Shown here: positions 38,802-47,195 of the stretch, piece by piece
Layout: each line of letters begins with the position of its first letter
Position numbering within the stretch: the first letter of the stretch is position 1
Source: a virus
Taxonomy: Duplodnaviria > Caudoviricetes
Reading direction: 5' to 3' (one strand)
Length of the DNA stretch: 64,000 nt
IMG/VR virus record: IMGVR_UViG_3300031577_000195
Span: 1 to 64,000 of that record
Made by a program: the position numbers and the translations under genes
The notes under the pieces: model-generated
The model's input: only the letters and a program-made list of their open reading frames with translations
Told to the model about the DNA's origin: nothing
The model's database searches: none

Positions 38802-39506
38802 TCAGTTCCATTTTTCTAACGCTTCAGTCATACAAATGATTACCTGTTTCATATAATCTTGGCGCACGATATCTTCTTCTTTGTCCATATTAGCTACTCC
38901 AACAATAGGCAAGTGTCCCATAGTTTGCATTAAAAAAGACAGGCCATCTTTGCCTGTCTTAATCTTTTTATTTACGCATTGCGCTGGACTAACATCGCCA
39001 GTTAGAACTATTTTCTCAGCACCGCGAGTACAAATGCAGTACATTGACTGTGCATCGATCAACTGAGATTCATCAACGATAAGCCAATAGCCAGTTAAGT
39101 CCATCCCCTGAAGATTGTACAAAGATTGAACCACGACCGTCTTAGAGTCGATCAAGAATTTACTATCGGTATTCAAAAAGGATTCCATATAGGTTAACAA
39201 TTGTTTCAACTTAGGAAATAACTTCTCTTGTTCACTTCCAGGTAAAAAACCTATGTCCTTACCTACACCTTCGTTTGGTCTAATCAAACATACACCTTTA
39301 GATTCACCATTAAGTATCGCTTGGCAAGCATAATAGATAGCACTAATAGACTTAGATGTTCCAGCGTATCCAGAGCAGCACACAATTCTTTTAGATTTAT
39401 CCTTGAGTAAGTTGTGATATCTCTTATGGTTCTCTGTAAGCGGCTTTGGTTTATCATAGCGTACATAATCAGGTTTCTCTTCTTTAAAGACTCGTTTGTT
39501 AGCCAT
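38802..39506 (-). CDS. phoH: PhoH-family ATPase
   Basis: G.AGTSKS, IRP...IGFLPG..QEK, IVDESQ, TRG....IVLTGD..Q, DIVR; AAGGAG SD + ATG at 39506. Confidence 0.9.
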   Translation of the reverse strand: MANKRVFKEEKPDYVRYDKPKPLTENHKRYHNLLKDKSKRIVCCSGYAGTSKSISAIYYACQAILNGESKGVCLIRPNEGVGKDIGFLPGSEQEKLFPKLKQLLTYMESFLNTDSKFLIDSKTVVVQSLYNLQGMDLTGYWLIVDESQLIDAQSMYCICTRGAEKIVLTGDVSPAQCVNKKIKTGKDGLSFLMQTMGHLPIVGVANMDKEEDIVRQDYMKQVIICMTEALEKWN

Positions 39507-39663
39507 AAGTTTGCTCCTTTTCAACTTCAGTCTTAATCTGCTGTAATTCATCATTAGCTTCCTTATAGTTTGTTGCCGGGGCAAAGATAACCCTTTTGAC
39601 TTTACTATCGAATAGCCAATCAGATAACCACTGTATAGCTACAGTAAACTTAAAGTCTCTCAT
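39499..39663 (-). CDS. Hypothetical 54-aa protein
   Basis: Coupled overlap with terS-like stop; MRDFKFTVAIQW... Confidence 0.45.
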   Translation of the reverse strand: MRDFKFTVAIQWLSDWLFDSKVKRVIFAPATNYKEANDELQQIKTEVEKEQTYG

Positions 39664-40298
39664 GCTTTTCCAGGCTTAATCTTTCGATATAACTCAGCTA
39701 ACACTGGGTTACTTTGGATTCTCTCGACTATGTTAGCGTATAACACAAGGTCTTGCTCTTTGACCATACCTAAGATAATATCGTTGATCTCAGTCATGTT
39801 CATATAGTTGTAGACTTTCTCTTGCATATTTCCTATGTTAGCTAAGATAGCACTTTTGCGAGCCATGAGTTTATCCAATAAAAACAACATATCTTTAACC
39901 TTTGGTGCAATCGATGTTACATCAGTTCCCTTCTTGATTTCAGTATTGAATTGGTCAATGTATATCTTAATGTTCTCTATCTGTTCACTTATGGTTTCTA
40001 ACATTTCACACTCTTGACGATAGACATTTACAGCATGATCTTCAGATTGCCTTAAGTCACAGTTGTCGTCCTCTTGTATGTACTTGCGACACCAACGGTT
40101 GACACTCATAGTGCTAATGTAGGTATCACCAGAGTATTTCTCGTTTAACTCTGCTGCTATGTCAATGTATGAGACTTTAGCTTTCCTGAGTTTTCTTACG
40201 ATGTGACCTAAGTCCAGCAGGTCTATCTTGGATATTGGAATACCCTGAAGTTTATTACTACCGTCTGGTACAGGTGGTTTACCATTAGGATTAGGCAT
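39660..40298 (-). CDS. Putative terminase small subunit / HTH packaging protein
   Basis: N-terminal HTH (SYIDIAAELN...STMSVNRW) + coiled coil; first gene of the late block; AAGGAGG SD + ATG at 40298. Confidence 0.55.
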   Translation of the reverse strand: MPNPNGKPPVPDGSNKLQGIPISKIDLLDLGHIVRKLRKAKVSYIDIAAELNEKYSGDTYISTMSVNRWCRKYIQEDDNCDLRQSEDHAVNVYRQECEMLETISEQIENIKIYIDQFNTEIKKGTDVTSIAPKVKDMLFLLDKLMARKSAILANIGNMQEKVYNYMNMTEINDIILGMVKEQDLVLYANIVERIQSNPVLAELYRKIKPGKA

Positions 40299-40493
40299 AG
40301 GTTCCTCCTTTCGATATTTAACACATAACAAAAAACACCCATAGTTCAATAATTACAGGTGCTCAAGTGATTTATCTTATGAAATTGTCATTTAACATAC
40401 TAAAGGTTATTCTTAAGGTACTTTAGGTACGCATATTGCGCCAATGTAATACCGCCCCCAAATGCCATATTAAAAGGGCAAAAAGGCACAAAA

Positions 40494-40513
40494 AAGACAC
40501 CCCTAGAGGTGTC
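40494..40513 (-). terminator. Intrinsic terminator
   Basis: GACACCTCTAGGGGTGTCTTTTTT. Confidence 0.65.
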
Positions 40514-40800
40514 AACGTCCGATAATAACCCATTATGTAAATATGTAAACCTAGTATTTACAAGGCTTCACAGGTTCTGCCTTTTAAATTCCGTTAACTG
40601 TCCACCGCTCACACTACAAGTCAAACACGTGTTTTATATATAGTATCAATTGTATATCTAAAGTTAGCTATTGTAAATGCTTACAGTGTCCACAATTACC
40701 CTTTAATATATCCTTTAACTAACTAAAGGATGTCTGATGGTATTATAGGCCAAATGTCGTATTATCTATTTTTGATATTATCACTTTGAACATAAGTCTA

Positions 40801-40864
40801 TCATATGTCTGCCTTAAGTTTAATCTATAGCCAATCATATGTCTGCCTTAAGTTTAATCTATAG
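40801..40864. repeat. 30-bp perfect direct repeat, period 34
   Basis: tcatatgtctgccttaagtttaatctatag x2. Confidence 0.95.
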
Positions 40865-41186
40865 TTTAGCATATACTATCTTACAGCCTATTAACCTATA
40901 ACCTAACATAATAAACCTCATATGCTCAATTATACGGTCTTATATATCAATAGTGCCTAATACAGCATATGTTTACCTTATGTTATACAGTAGATCATTC
41001 CTTATGCCTAACATATGTATACTTTAGATTATACAATAGACTACTACAAGAGTATTATTACTAGTATTGTCTATAGTGTATTAGTGTATATATACATAAG
41101 TAAGGTACGGAATAAAAACGTTTTTCTTTCCCCCGGCGCACGTTTTAAATTTTATCAATAAATAACAAAGATGTTTACCAAAACAG

Positions 41187-41214
41187 TTGACTTTTTCTGT
41201 ATATTTGATATAAT
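41187..41214 (+). promoter_or_regulatory. Strong sigma-A promoter with extended -10
   Basis: TTGACT-N16-TATAAT with TGn. Confidence 0.8.
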
Positions 41215-41267
41215 GTATATAGAAGGTAAGTTAAGCCTTCGAGTACATAAAGAGAGGAGTTAACCAT

Positions 41268-41411
41268 GTGATACCGCCCGAATTGCGGGATTTTGTAACC
41301 TTCCTGTTATTGCTAATTAATCTTTACAAAGAGATTCGAGCAATTTGCAAAGATAGCAATAAAGGGAAAACGCTCCCCCCCAAGTCATCCAGGCCAAAGG
41401 GAAAGCGTTAG
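41268..41411 (+). CDS. Putative type I toxin (47 aa)
   Basis: GAGGAG SD + GTG; MIPPELRDFVTFLLLLINLYKEIRAI + Lys/Pro-rich tail. Confidence 0.6.
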   Translation: MIPPELRDFVTFLLLLINLYKEIRAICKDSNKGKTLPPKSSRPKGKR

Positions 41412-41445
41412 TCATCCAGGGGGAGAAATCCCCCACCCCGCTTCT
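41350..41445 (-). ncRNA. Putative antisense antitoxin RNA
   Basis: Convergent promoter TTGCAT-N18-TATTAT (41477 to 41448) firing across the toxin 3' end; GC hairpins; boundaries approximate. Confidence 0.4.
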
Positions 41446-41469
41446 ATAATATCACATGGTGCAAATATT

Positions 41470-41628
41470 ATGCAAAAAGATTTTAATTGGCTGCTGATAT
41501 TGGTTGTTTTTATGGTAGTTTCGAACTATAATTTTTATAGCTTATCTATACTACAAACTGCTACATTGTTGTTTTTTGGACTTTGGCTGATCCTGCATAT
41601 TAAAAATGTGTTTTTCTCTAATAGGTAA
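41470..41628 (+). CDS. Hydrophobic 52-aa ORF
   Basis: Two TM-like segments but no SD; overlaps the antisense promoter. Confidence 0.3.
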   Translation: MQKDFNWLLILVVFMVVSNYNFYSLSILQTATLLFFGLWLILHIKNVFFSNR

Positions 41629-41646
41629 TTACGGAGGTATGAGCGA

Positions 41647-41937
41647 ATGACAAATGAAGAATTTCAAATTGCTGTTCTGGAGAAACTTAGTACTCTAGAG
41701 AATGAAATGGCTACTAAGGAAGACTTGAACAAACTAGAATCTAGAATTGAATCTAAGATTAGCCAGTTGCCTACACGTGAAGAACTTTACGCCATAGTCA
41801 CGGAACAACAAAAGGATGTTATCGGCATACTAAAAACAATCCAAAGCGATACTAAAAAAATCAACGCGAAAATTGATATTTTAAATGATAGAACTTTTGA
41901 GAATGAGGCAGATATTAGATTGCTAAAAGCTCAATAA
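41647..41937 (+). CDS. Coiled-coil hypothetical protein
   Basis: GGAGG SD; MATKEDL repeat-like motif. Confidence 0.7.
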   Translation: MTNEEFQIAVLEKLSTLENEMATKEDLNKLESRIESKISQLPTREELYAIVTEQQKDVIGILKTIQSDTKKINAKIDILNDRTFENEADIRLLKAQ

Positions 41938-42003
41938 CTAAAGCGGTCTTTGTACCGCTTGGAAGCCATTAGATAACCTCTAGTAGCTTGCAAGGAGTAC
42001 AAA
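41938..42003 (+). repeat. Structured hairpin element, copy 1
   Basis: Paralogous to 45101-45169; long imperfect stem. Confidence 0.75.
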
Positions 42004-42162
42004 AGTTAATCCGCTATAGACATACCGCCAAACTGCTTGCAGGTATAACCGTATGATTCTATAGTTGACTTGATGAAATTAAAAAAAACTCTTCTCTTTC
42101 CCGGCAACGGTTTATTTTTCTATGCCCAAAATACTCAAAGGATAACAAAGGAGTGTATCAAA

Positions 42163-42297
42163 ATGACCTTTAAAATGCATCATGAGTTATCTATGACAGG
42201 TATATCAAGAATGGCCTTCAATATTTACGAAGATATTTACTTTTGCATAAGCGGTCAAAGTACCATTAGAACAACAGGAAGTTACTGGAGGAATTAA
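42163..42297 (+). CDS. Hypothetical 44-aa protein
   Basis: AAGGAG SD directly after motif copy 4. Confidence 0.5.
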   Translation: MTFKMHHELSMTGISRMAFNIYEDIYFCISGQSTIRTTGSYWRN

Positions 42298-42298
42298 A

Positions 42299-42910
42299 AT
42301 GACAAATAGAATGTTAATCGCTGATAAACTTGAAGACCTTACAGGTTATATTGGAAGATGTAATGAAATTCGCGGGAATCGTAAAGCTAAACAGAATGCC
42401 CTATCTGCTGTAAATGATTGGTTTGATTCTAAAGTTTATCCAAAGTGTAACAATGATGGACGAATGGAAGAAGCTAAAGACAAACACAATGAGTTACTAC
42501 AGCTAATCAATAGATACATACCAGAACAAACCAAACAGCAATTCCAAATATACAACCTCTGGTTACCTCTTATGAATCATTTGTATTTCTTATTCTCTGG
42601 CTGCGAACCTGACCAATTTACAAGAAACCCTAGTCAATACAACGGAGATAGGCAGCAGAATTATATCGACGCTAAACAAAGGCTTATTAACCTTGTAGGC
42701 AATACTGAAGAGCTACAAATGTTATTCAATGAGTTAGAAACTACAGGAAAACTATATCTTGAGAAATTTGGTCAAATGAATACTTTAGAAGACAAGCGCG
42801 ACAATAGGAAACAATGGGAGACTTTATATAGCAAACAAAAGGAACTTACGCCAGCATATAAACAAGCGGAAAACAACTTAACTAATTATCTTATGGAGGT
42901 ATCGAACTAA
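42299..42910 (+). CDS. Hypothetical early protein
   Basis: GGAGG SD; 203 aa helical. Confidence 0.75.
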   Translation: MTNRMLIADKLEDLTGYIGRCNEIRGNRKAKQNALSAVNDWFDSKVYPKCNNDGRMEEAKDKHNELLQLINRYIPEQTKQQFQIYNLWLPLMNHLYFLFSGCEPDQFTRNPSQYNGDRQQNYIDAKQRLINLVGNTEELQMLFNELETTGKLYLEKFGQMNTLEDKRDNRKQWETLYSKQKELTPAYKQAENNLTNYLMEVSN

Positions 42911-43566
42911 TGAAAACATTATATTTTGAGGGTGCTGGCTGGCCTGATGCTGATTCATCAAAAGCCACAGACGTAGGGAACTGTCGTATTCGTACAGCTT
43001 TTACAAATGACAAGGGGCAAAAGATATACTTAGAAATAAGCCAGGCTCCTGCATTTAATAACAAAGGTAAACGCATTGATGGAGAATATCGGATGTACAT
43101 AAGCCATATCTTTTATATTACTGGCGACAGAGACGACGAAAACAAAAACCGTATACCTAGAGACTGGGACGAAATCAGAACACACGACTATACAAAAGAA
43201 AACATTGTAGCATGGGTAAACAAAAACTTAAACTGTAGTTTTTATACTATGGAAGTCCTTGACTGGATGGAAGGCTATAATGTTCACGCAGATAACAGAG
43301 GTTATAACCTTATGGACAATCACATAGTTAACCGCGAGAGAACTAAAGCAAGAAATGAAGCGTATAACATGATTGATCAAGAGTATCGGGAGCATTGTAA
43401 TGAAAAATACTCTGTTATTACTCTAAAAGCTATGGATAATAACACAATTACTGTCTATTGTCATAGCCGTGAATATAATAGATATCTCCAGCGTAATGCA
43501 CTAAAAGATAATAAACCTAGAACAGCAATAGTTAACATATGGACTAAGGAAGTGACTTATAAATGA
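42910..43566 (+). CDS. Hypothetical early protein
   Basis: GGAGG SD; coupled; 218 aa. Confidence 0.75.
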   Translation: MKTLYFEGAGWPDADSSKATDVGNCRIRTAFTNDKGQKIYLEISQAPAFNNKGKRIDGEYRMYISHIFYITGDRDDENKNRIPRDWDEIRTHDYTKENIVAWVNKNLNCSFYTMEVLDWMEGYNVHADNRGYNLMDNHIVNRERTKARNEAYNMIDQEYREHCNEKYSVITLKAMDNNTITVYCHSREYNRYLQRNALKDNKPRTAIVNIWTKEVTYK

Positions 43567-43775
43567 TTAAGATAACAAAAGCAGCCTTTGACAAGCTTTC
43601 ATCTGACTACAAAGGCGAATGGTCACAAGGGCTTTACGAATGGAGAAATGGAGACTTTCCAAAGGAATGGATCGGCAGAAAAACTATGCTCTCTTATGAT
43701 AAAACTTATGGAACTACATTATTGACTGAAGGCATAGACTTTGAAATTGTGGAGGGCTGCACTAATGAACTATAA
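43563..43775 (+). CDS. Hypothetical early protein
   Basis: SD and ATGA coupling. Confidence 0.7.
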   Translation: MIKITKAAFDKLSSDYKGEWSQGLYEWRNGDFPKEWIGRKTMLSYDKTYGTTLLTEGIDFEIVEGCTNEL

Positions 43776-44043
43776 CGAAATTACTTCAGCTATTCATCGA
43801 ATGGCATACAAGCGATACCTTCGAGGACAAGCACAAGAACAGGTAATAAACCATTTAAAACAGCTTTATAGCACTACATGGAAAAACAATAGCGACATTC
43901 GAGAATTTATATTAAATGTAATTCTTGAGTTTGAAAACTTGATTATCATTCGTCCATTCGGCATATGTAATTACCTTGTTATTGGTAACGGATTTACAAA
44001 AGAAATAACCGTAATTAACGAAAGAGAAATAATTATAAGATAA
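43765..44043 (+). CDS. Hypothetical early protein
   Basis: GGAGGG SD + ATG at 43765. Confidence 0.65.
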   Translation: MNYNEITSAIHRMAYKRYLRGQAQEQVINHLKQLYSTTWKNNSDIREFILNVILEFENLIIIRPFGICNYLVIGNGFTKEITVINEREIIIR

Positions 44044-44059
44044 TTAAGGAGGTAACAAC

Positions 44060-44251
44060 ATGTTAACCATAGGAACTAAATTTTATATGAGTTCAAAGAC
44101 TTCGCCTATTCCTAGACTATTTCAGTATATCGGACAAGATTTTGAATGGTTTGATCTATGGTGTAATCATATAGTGGTTGAAGTATCCACAGGAGAAATT
44201 AGCCATATTGAGCCTGAATGGTTTAATCAAAGAAAAATTACCTTGCTTTAG
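44060..44251 (+). CDS. Hypothetical early protein (SH3-like)
   Basis: AAGGAGG SD. Confidence 0.7.
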   Translation: MLTIGTKFYMSSKTSPIPRLFQYIGQDFEWFDLWCNHIVVEVSTGEISHIEPEWFNQRKITLL

Positions 44252-44398
44252 TTCTCTCCTTCCCCATTAACTACTACTAACGAAAGGCAGATGTATATCT
44301 AATGTCAAAGCGCGAACGTTTAACACTACTGTTATGTCTATATTTATCAAAAGTTAACAAAGATGTAATAAAATGATAACCTTGGGAGGTAGTTTCAA

Positions 44399-44596
44399 TT
44401 GTATCAATACAAGCTGATTAACACTAGTAACAATGGAATATGTGATGTATGCAAAAGGTATTGCACTAATGTGTATACCCAAGTCGAACAAAAGTATCAT
44501 AACTATAACAGTAAGGATATATATGAAGGCTGGAGTCAATACGGCTGTGTTAACTATAGTGGTCACGAAAAATGCTTAAAGAGTGTCAGAAGATAA
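44399..44596 (+). CDS. Hypothetical zinc-binding protein
   Basis: GGGAGG SD + TTG; CDVC...C/H...C. Confidence 0.6.
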   Translation: MYQYKLINTSNNGICDVCKRYCTNVYTQVEQKYHNYNSKDIYEGWSQYGCVNYSGHEKCLKSVRR

Positions 44597-44638
44597 AACT
44601 TTCTTTCCCCTCCAACGAAACTATAGGAGGTGCTTAGA

Positions 44639-44836
44639 ATGACAAGTGAAGACCATATATTACAATTGGTAACCCAACGAGTAAACAAATACAGGGAAAT
44701 CTTAGCAGCTACAACAGACCAGCGTATGAAGGAAATAACTCAGGCTTATCTATTAGAAGCTGAAGCAATACAACGGATTATCAAAAAGCATATCAATGGA
44801 GGTATGACAAATGAAAGACACATTGACCGAACTTGA
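44639..44836 (+). CDS. Hypothetical early protein
   Basis: AGGAGG SD + ATG at 44639. Confidence 0.65.
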   Translation: MTSEDHILQLVTQRVNKYREILAATTDQRMKEITQAYLLEAEAIQRIIKKHINGGMTNERHIDRT

Positions 44837-45104
44837 AACTAAAGTAATGCAAAGTATTCCTGAAGATTATTTTTACGAAGATGGCTTTAGTTCTACCTTA
44901 TGGCTTGATGCCTTTATTGATACTGTCACTAGACATACAAAAATTCAACCTAATCAAACCAGGGCGTTATTAGTAACTTTACAAACTAAAGAATACATTG
45001 GTATGCTCGGCGGTAAAGATGGTTACCTCTGGCTATCTGATAAGGGTAAAACCTGGTTGCTTGAAAATGGCCTAGTGAATCAAGATGGTAAGCCCTTAGA
45101 CTAA
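44811..45104 (+). CDS. Winged-helix-like hypothetical protein
   Basis: RALLVTLQTKEYI....W.SDKGKTW pattern; GGAGG SD. Confidence 0.6.
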   Translation: MKDTLTELETKVMQSIPEDYFYEDGFSSTLWLDAFIDTVTRHTKIQPNQTRALLVTLQTKEYIGMLGGKDGYLWLSDKGKTWLLENGLVNQDGKPLD

Positions 45105-45169
45105 AGCGGACTTTGTACCGCTTGAAGAATACTAGAGGTAATACTTTAGTACTTTTCAAGGAGTACAAA
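45101..45169 (+). repeat. Structured hairpin element, copy 2
   Basis: ctaaagcgg.ctttgtaccgcttg ... caaggagtacaaa shared with 41938-42003. Confidence 0.75.
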
Positions 45170-45189
45170 TATTACCGGAGGTGTAACCA

Positions 45190-45438
45190 ATGTATTATGA
45201 TGAAGCACAGGAATTCATAAGAAAATGCACTTTGCAACAACAAAAGGAAGTTGATAAAAAAATATCCAAGTGGATTGACGGAATATCCTCTGACCTAAAA
45301 TTAAATCAGGCTCAATCTAGAAGATTAAAAATTCATATAAAAGATATGATTAGCTACTCACGGAGGTGTAACTCATGCTTAAATTTTGTTACTCAGGGAA
45401 AGCCAAAGATATTCATTCGAACGCTTTTAGGCTACTAA
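45190..45438 (+). CDS. Hypothetical early protein
   Basis: GGAGG SD. Confidence 0.65.
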   Translation: MYYDEAQEFIRKCTLQQQKEVDKKISKWIDGISSDLKLNQAQSRRLKIHIKDMISYSRRCNSCLNFVTQGKPKIFIRTLLGY

Positions 45439-45688
45439 TGACCATCTATTGGAACAAATACCCTATTTAGCTATGCCCATAATAACCAGTAAATAACAAA
45501 GGAAGTGCTTAGAATGACAGTCCTATACTTTAACGACAGTTGACCCTCTTCCCTTCCTTCTGGTGAAAGGCAGGTGAAACTATTGTCAATCATTATGGCA
45601 CTCATAATATGGGCATTGTTAGCCCCTACGAAATGACGAAAGGCTGATACCTATGTATGACACAAGTTGACCAAAAGGAAAAGAGGCC

Positions 45689-46399
45689 TTAAGCCTCTTT
45701 AAGTATCCTATGTATGAAATTGATTCCTTTGGGCGTAACTAGAGTATAAACATATGCTACACATGAGCAATTGCCTTTAGTAACCACCTTTTCTTTTAGC
45801 TTAAAGTATCCAGCATTGACATACTTTTGATATGGCCCATAGCCACCGTACCAATCACGATAGATAACATCAAGATCACGCAACAACTCAAACAAGCGAT
45901 TCCTTCCAGTGCCTAAAACTTTAGCAACTTGAGATATTGTTTGAAGCCCTTCAGATTCCATAAAGGTATCATATGCTTGAGCTTTAGGTAATAATCTGGA
46001 GTTTTCTTCTAATAAATCTGCTGCCAGCCGTAGAGCTTCAGGTGTTGTTTGTGGTATACTTGTATTTGACTGCTGGGCTAAGTATGCGCCATTTTTGCGG
46101 ATGGACGGTAATACTTCATCGAATATCCAACATTCGAATCGTTCAGCAGTCTTTAAATTACTTCTAATGATTAATCGATAGATATCACCTTCAGGAATAA
46201 CTTTTAACTCTTGTTCGCCGCCATTTGTAAGGACTAGGTGTTTCACCGACCCCTTTGTATGTCTCTTGATTGCGTCATATGGATCTACATATCCTAATAC
46301 TTTAGCTATGTCAGATGCAACTGCGTATGTCTTCCCTTCGATTTCTAAAAACCTTACTTGACCAAACTCTTCATTATTGAATACTTGTAAGTTATTCAT
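45689..46399 (-). CDS. Phage antirepressor (BRO-N + ANT/KilAC C-terminal domain)
   Basis: FNNEEFGQVR...ASDIAKVLGY...IPEGDIYRLI; LLPKAQAYD.F...VAK.LGTGRNRLF...Y..AGYF. Confidence 0.92.
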   Translation of the reverse strand: MNNLQVFNNEEFGQVRFLEIEGKTYAVASDIAKVLGYVDPYDAIKRHTKGSVKHLVLTNGGEQELKVIPEGDIYRLIIRSNLKTAERFECWIFDEVLPSIRKNGAYLAQQSNTSIPQTTPEALRLAADLLEENSRLLPKAQAYDTFMESEGLQTISQVAKVLGTGRNRLFELLRDLDVIYRDWYGGYGPYQKYVNAGYFKLKEKVVTKGNCSCVAYVYTLVTPKGINFIHRILKEA

Positions 46400-46401
46400 G
46401 A

Positions 46402-46599
46402 TTACATCTCCTCCAAGGCTATAACCACAGAATCACTGTAAATGCCATTAGAGGATAACTCTAGACCACTATCGGAATATCTGTAGATTTTTCCGTCAAT
46501 AAATACATTATCGACCTGCTTAAGTAATCGAATTACCTCTGCTGCTTTTCCGTGTGTCATTCTTTTTGAATACCCTTCACCAATAGATAGTTTAACCAT
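46402..46599 (-). CDS. Hypothetical protein, first gene of the antirepressor operon
   Basis: GGGAGG SD. Confidence 0.6.
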   Translation of the reverse strand: MVKLSIGEGYSKRMTHGKAAEVIRLLKQVDNVFIDGKIYRYSDSGLELSSNGIYSDSVVIALEEM

Positions 46600-46623
46600 A
46601 AATAAACCCTCCCATAAATTTTA

Positions 46624-46673
46624 GTAAGTATTACTTACACATTTATATTATAGTAAGTATCGCTTACAGTCAA
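46624..46673. promoter_or_regulatory. Two palindromic operators GTAAG-N5-CTTAC overlapping the leftward promoter
   Basis: gtaagtattacttac (46624-46638), gtaagtatcgcttac (46653-46667); TTGACT and TATAAT/TAATAT flank the second site on the minus strand. Confidence 0.8.
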
Positions 46674-46685
46674 GGAGTATTTTTT

Positions 46686-46916
46686 ATGTATAACCAAAAT
46701 ACTATAGCTGAAAAAATTTCCCTATTAATGAAGGAAAACAATATAACTCATCAGTTATTAGCAGATGCTATTGGTGTTAGTCGTCCATCAGTAACACAGT
46801 TTACCACTGGAGCAAATCTACCTTCAATTAAAACACTTGTTATTATTGCGGACTACTTCGAAGTATCCTTAGACTACCTTTGTGGCCGCACAGATAACCC
46901 AAAGGTAAATACCTAG
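46686..46916 (+). CDS. XRE-family HTH repressor (second switch)
   Basis: LMKENNITHQLLADAIGVSRPSV....P....L..IADYFEVSLDYL.GRTD. Confidence 0.92.
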   Translation: MYNQNTIAEKISLLMKENNITHQLLADAIGVSRPSVTQFTTGANLPSIKTLVIIADYFEVSLDYLCGRTDNPKVNT

Positions 46917-47017
46917 ATGGTAGACCACCTTAGAAAACTGGGGAGTTCCTAAAGTGAGATGGCAGGAACTAAAAATATCTCTGGAGACTTCCTTGGTATA
47001 CAAAAATACCAGAAGGC

Positions 47018-47047
47018 GGTCTCTTTTTGATTTTCTTAGAGGTGGTC
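47018..47047 (+). repeat. Moron junction repeat, copy 1
   Basis: ggtctctttttgattttcttagaggtggtc. Confidence 0.8.
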
Positions 47048-47195
47048 AGTAAAAAGGTAAATGTTTGTATTTTGTCGAAATATGTAAAACAGTTAAGCTT
47101 TAGGGGAAGTGACTATGGTATAAATTCAAAAATATCTAGTTATCACTACTATGGTTCTCGCCAACAAAAGAAGTAAGTTAAAGGACTGATACTAT

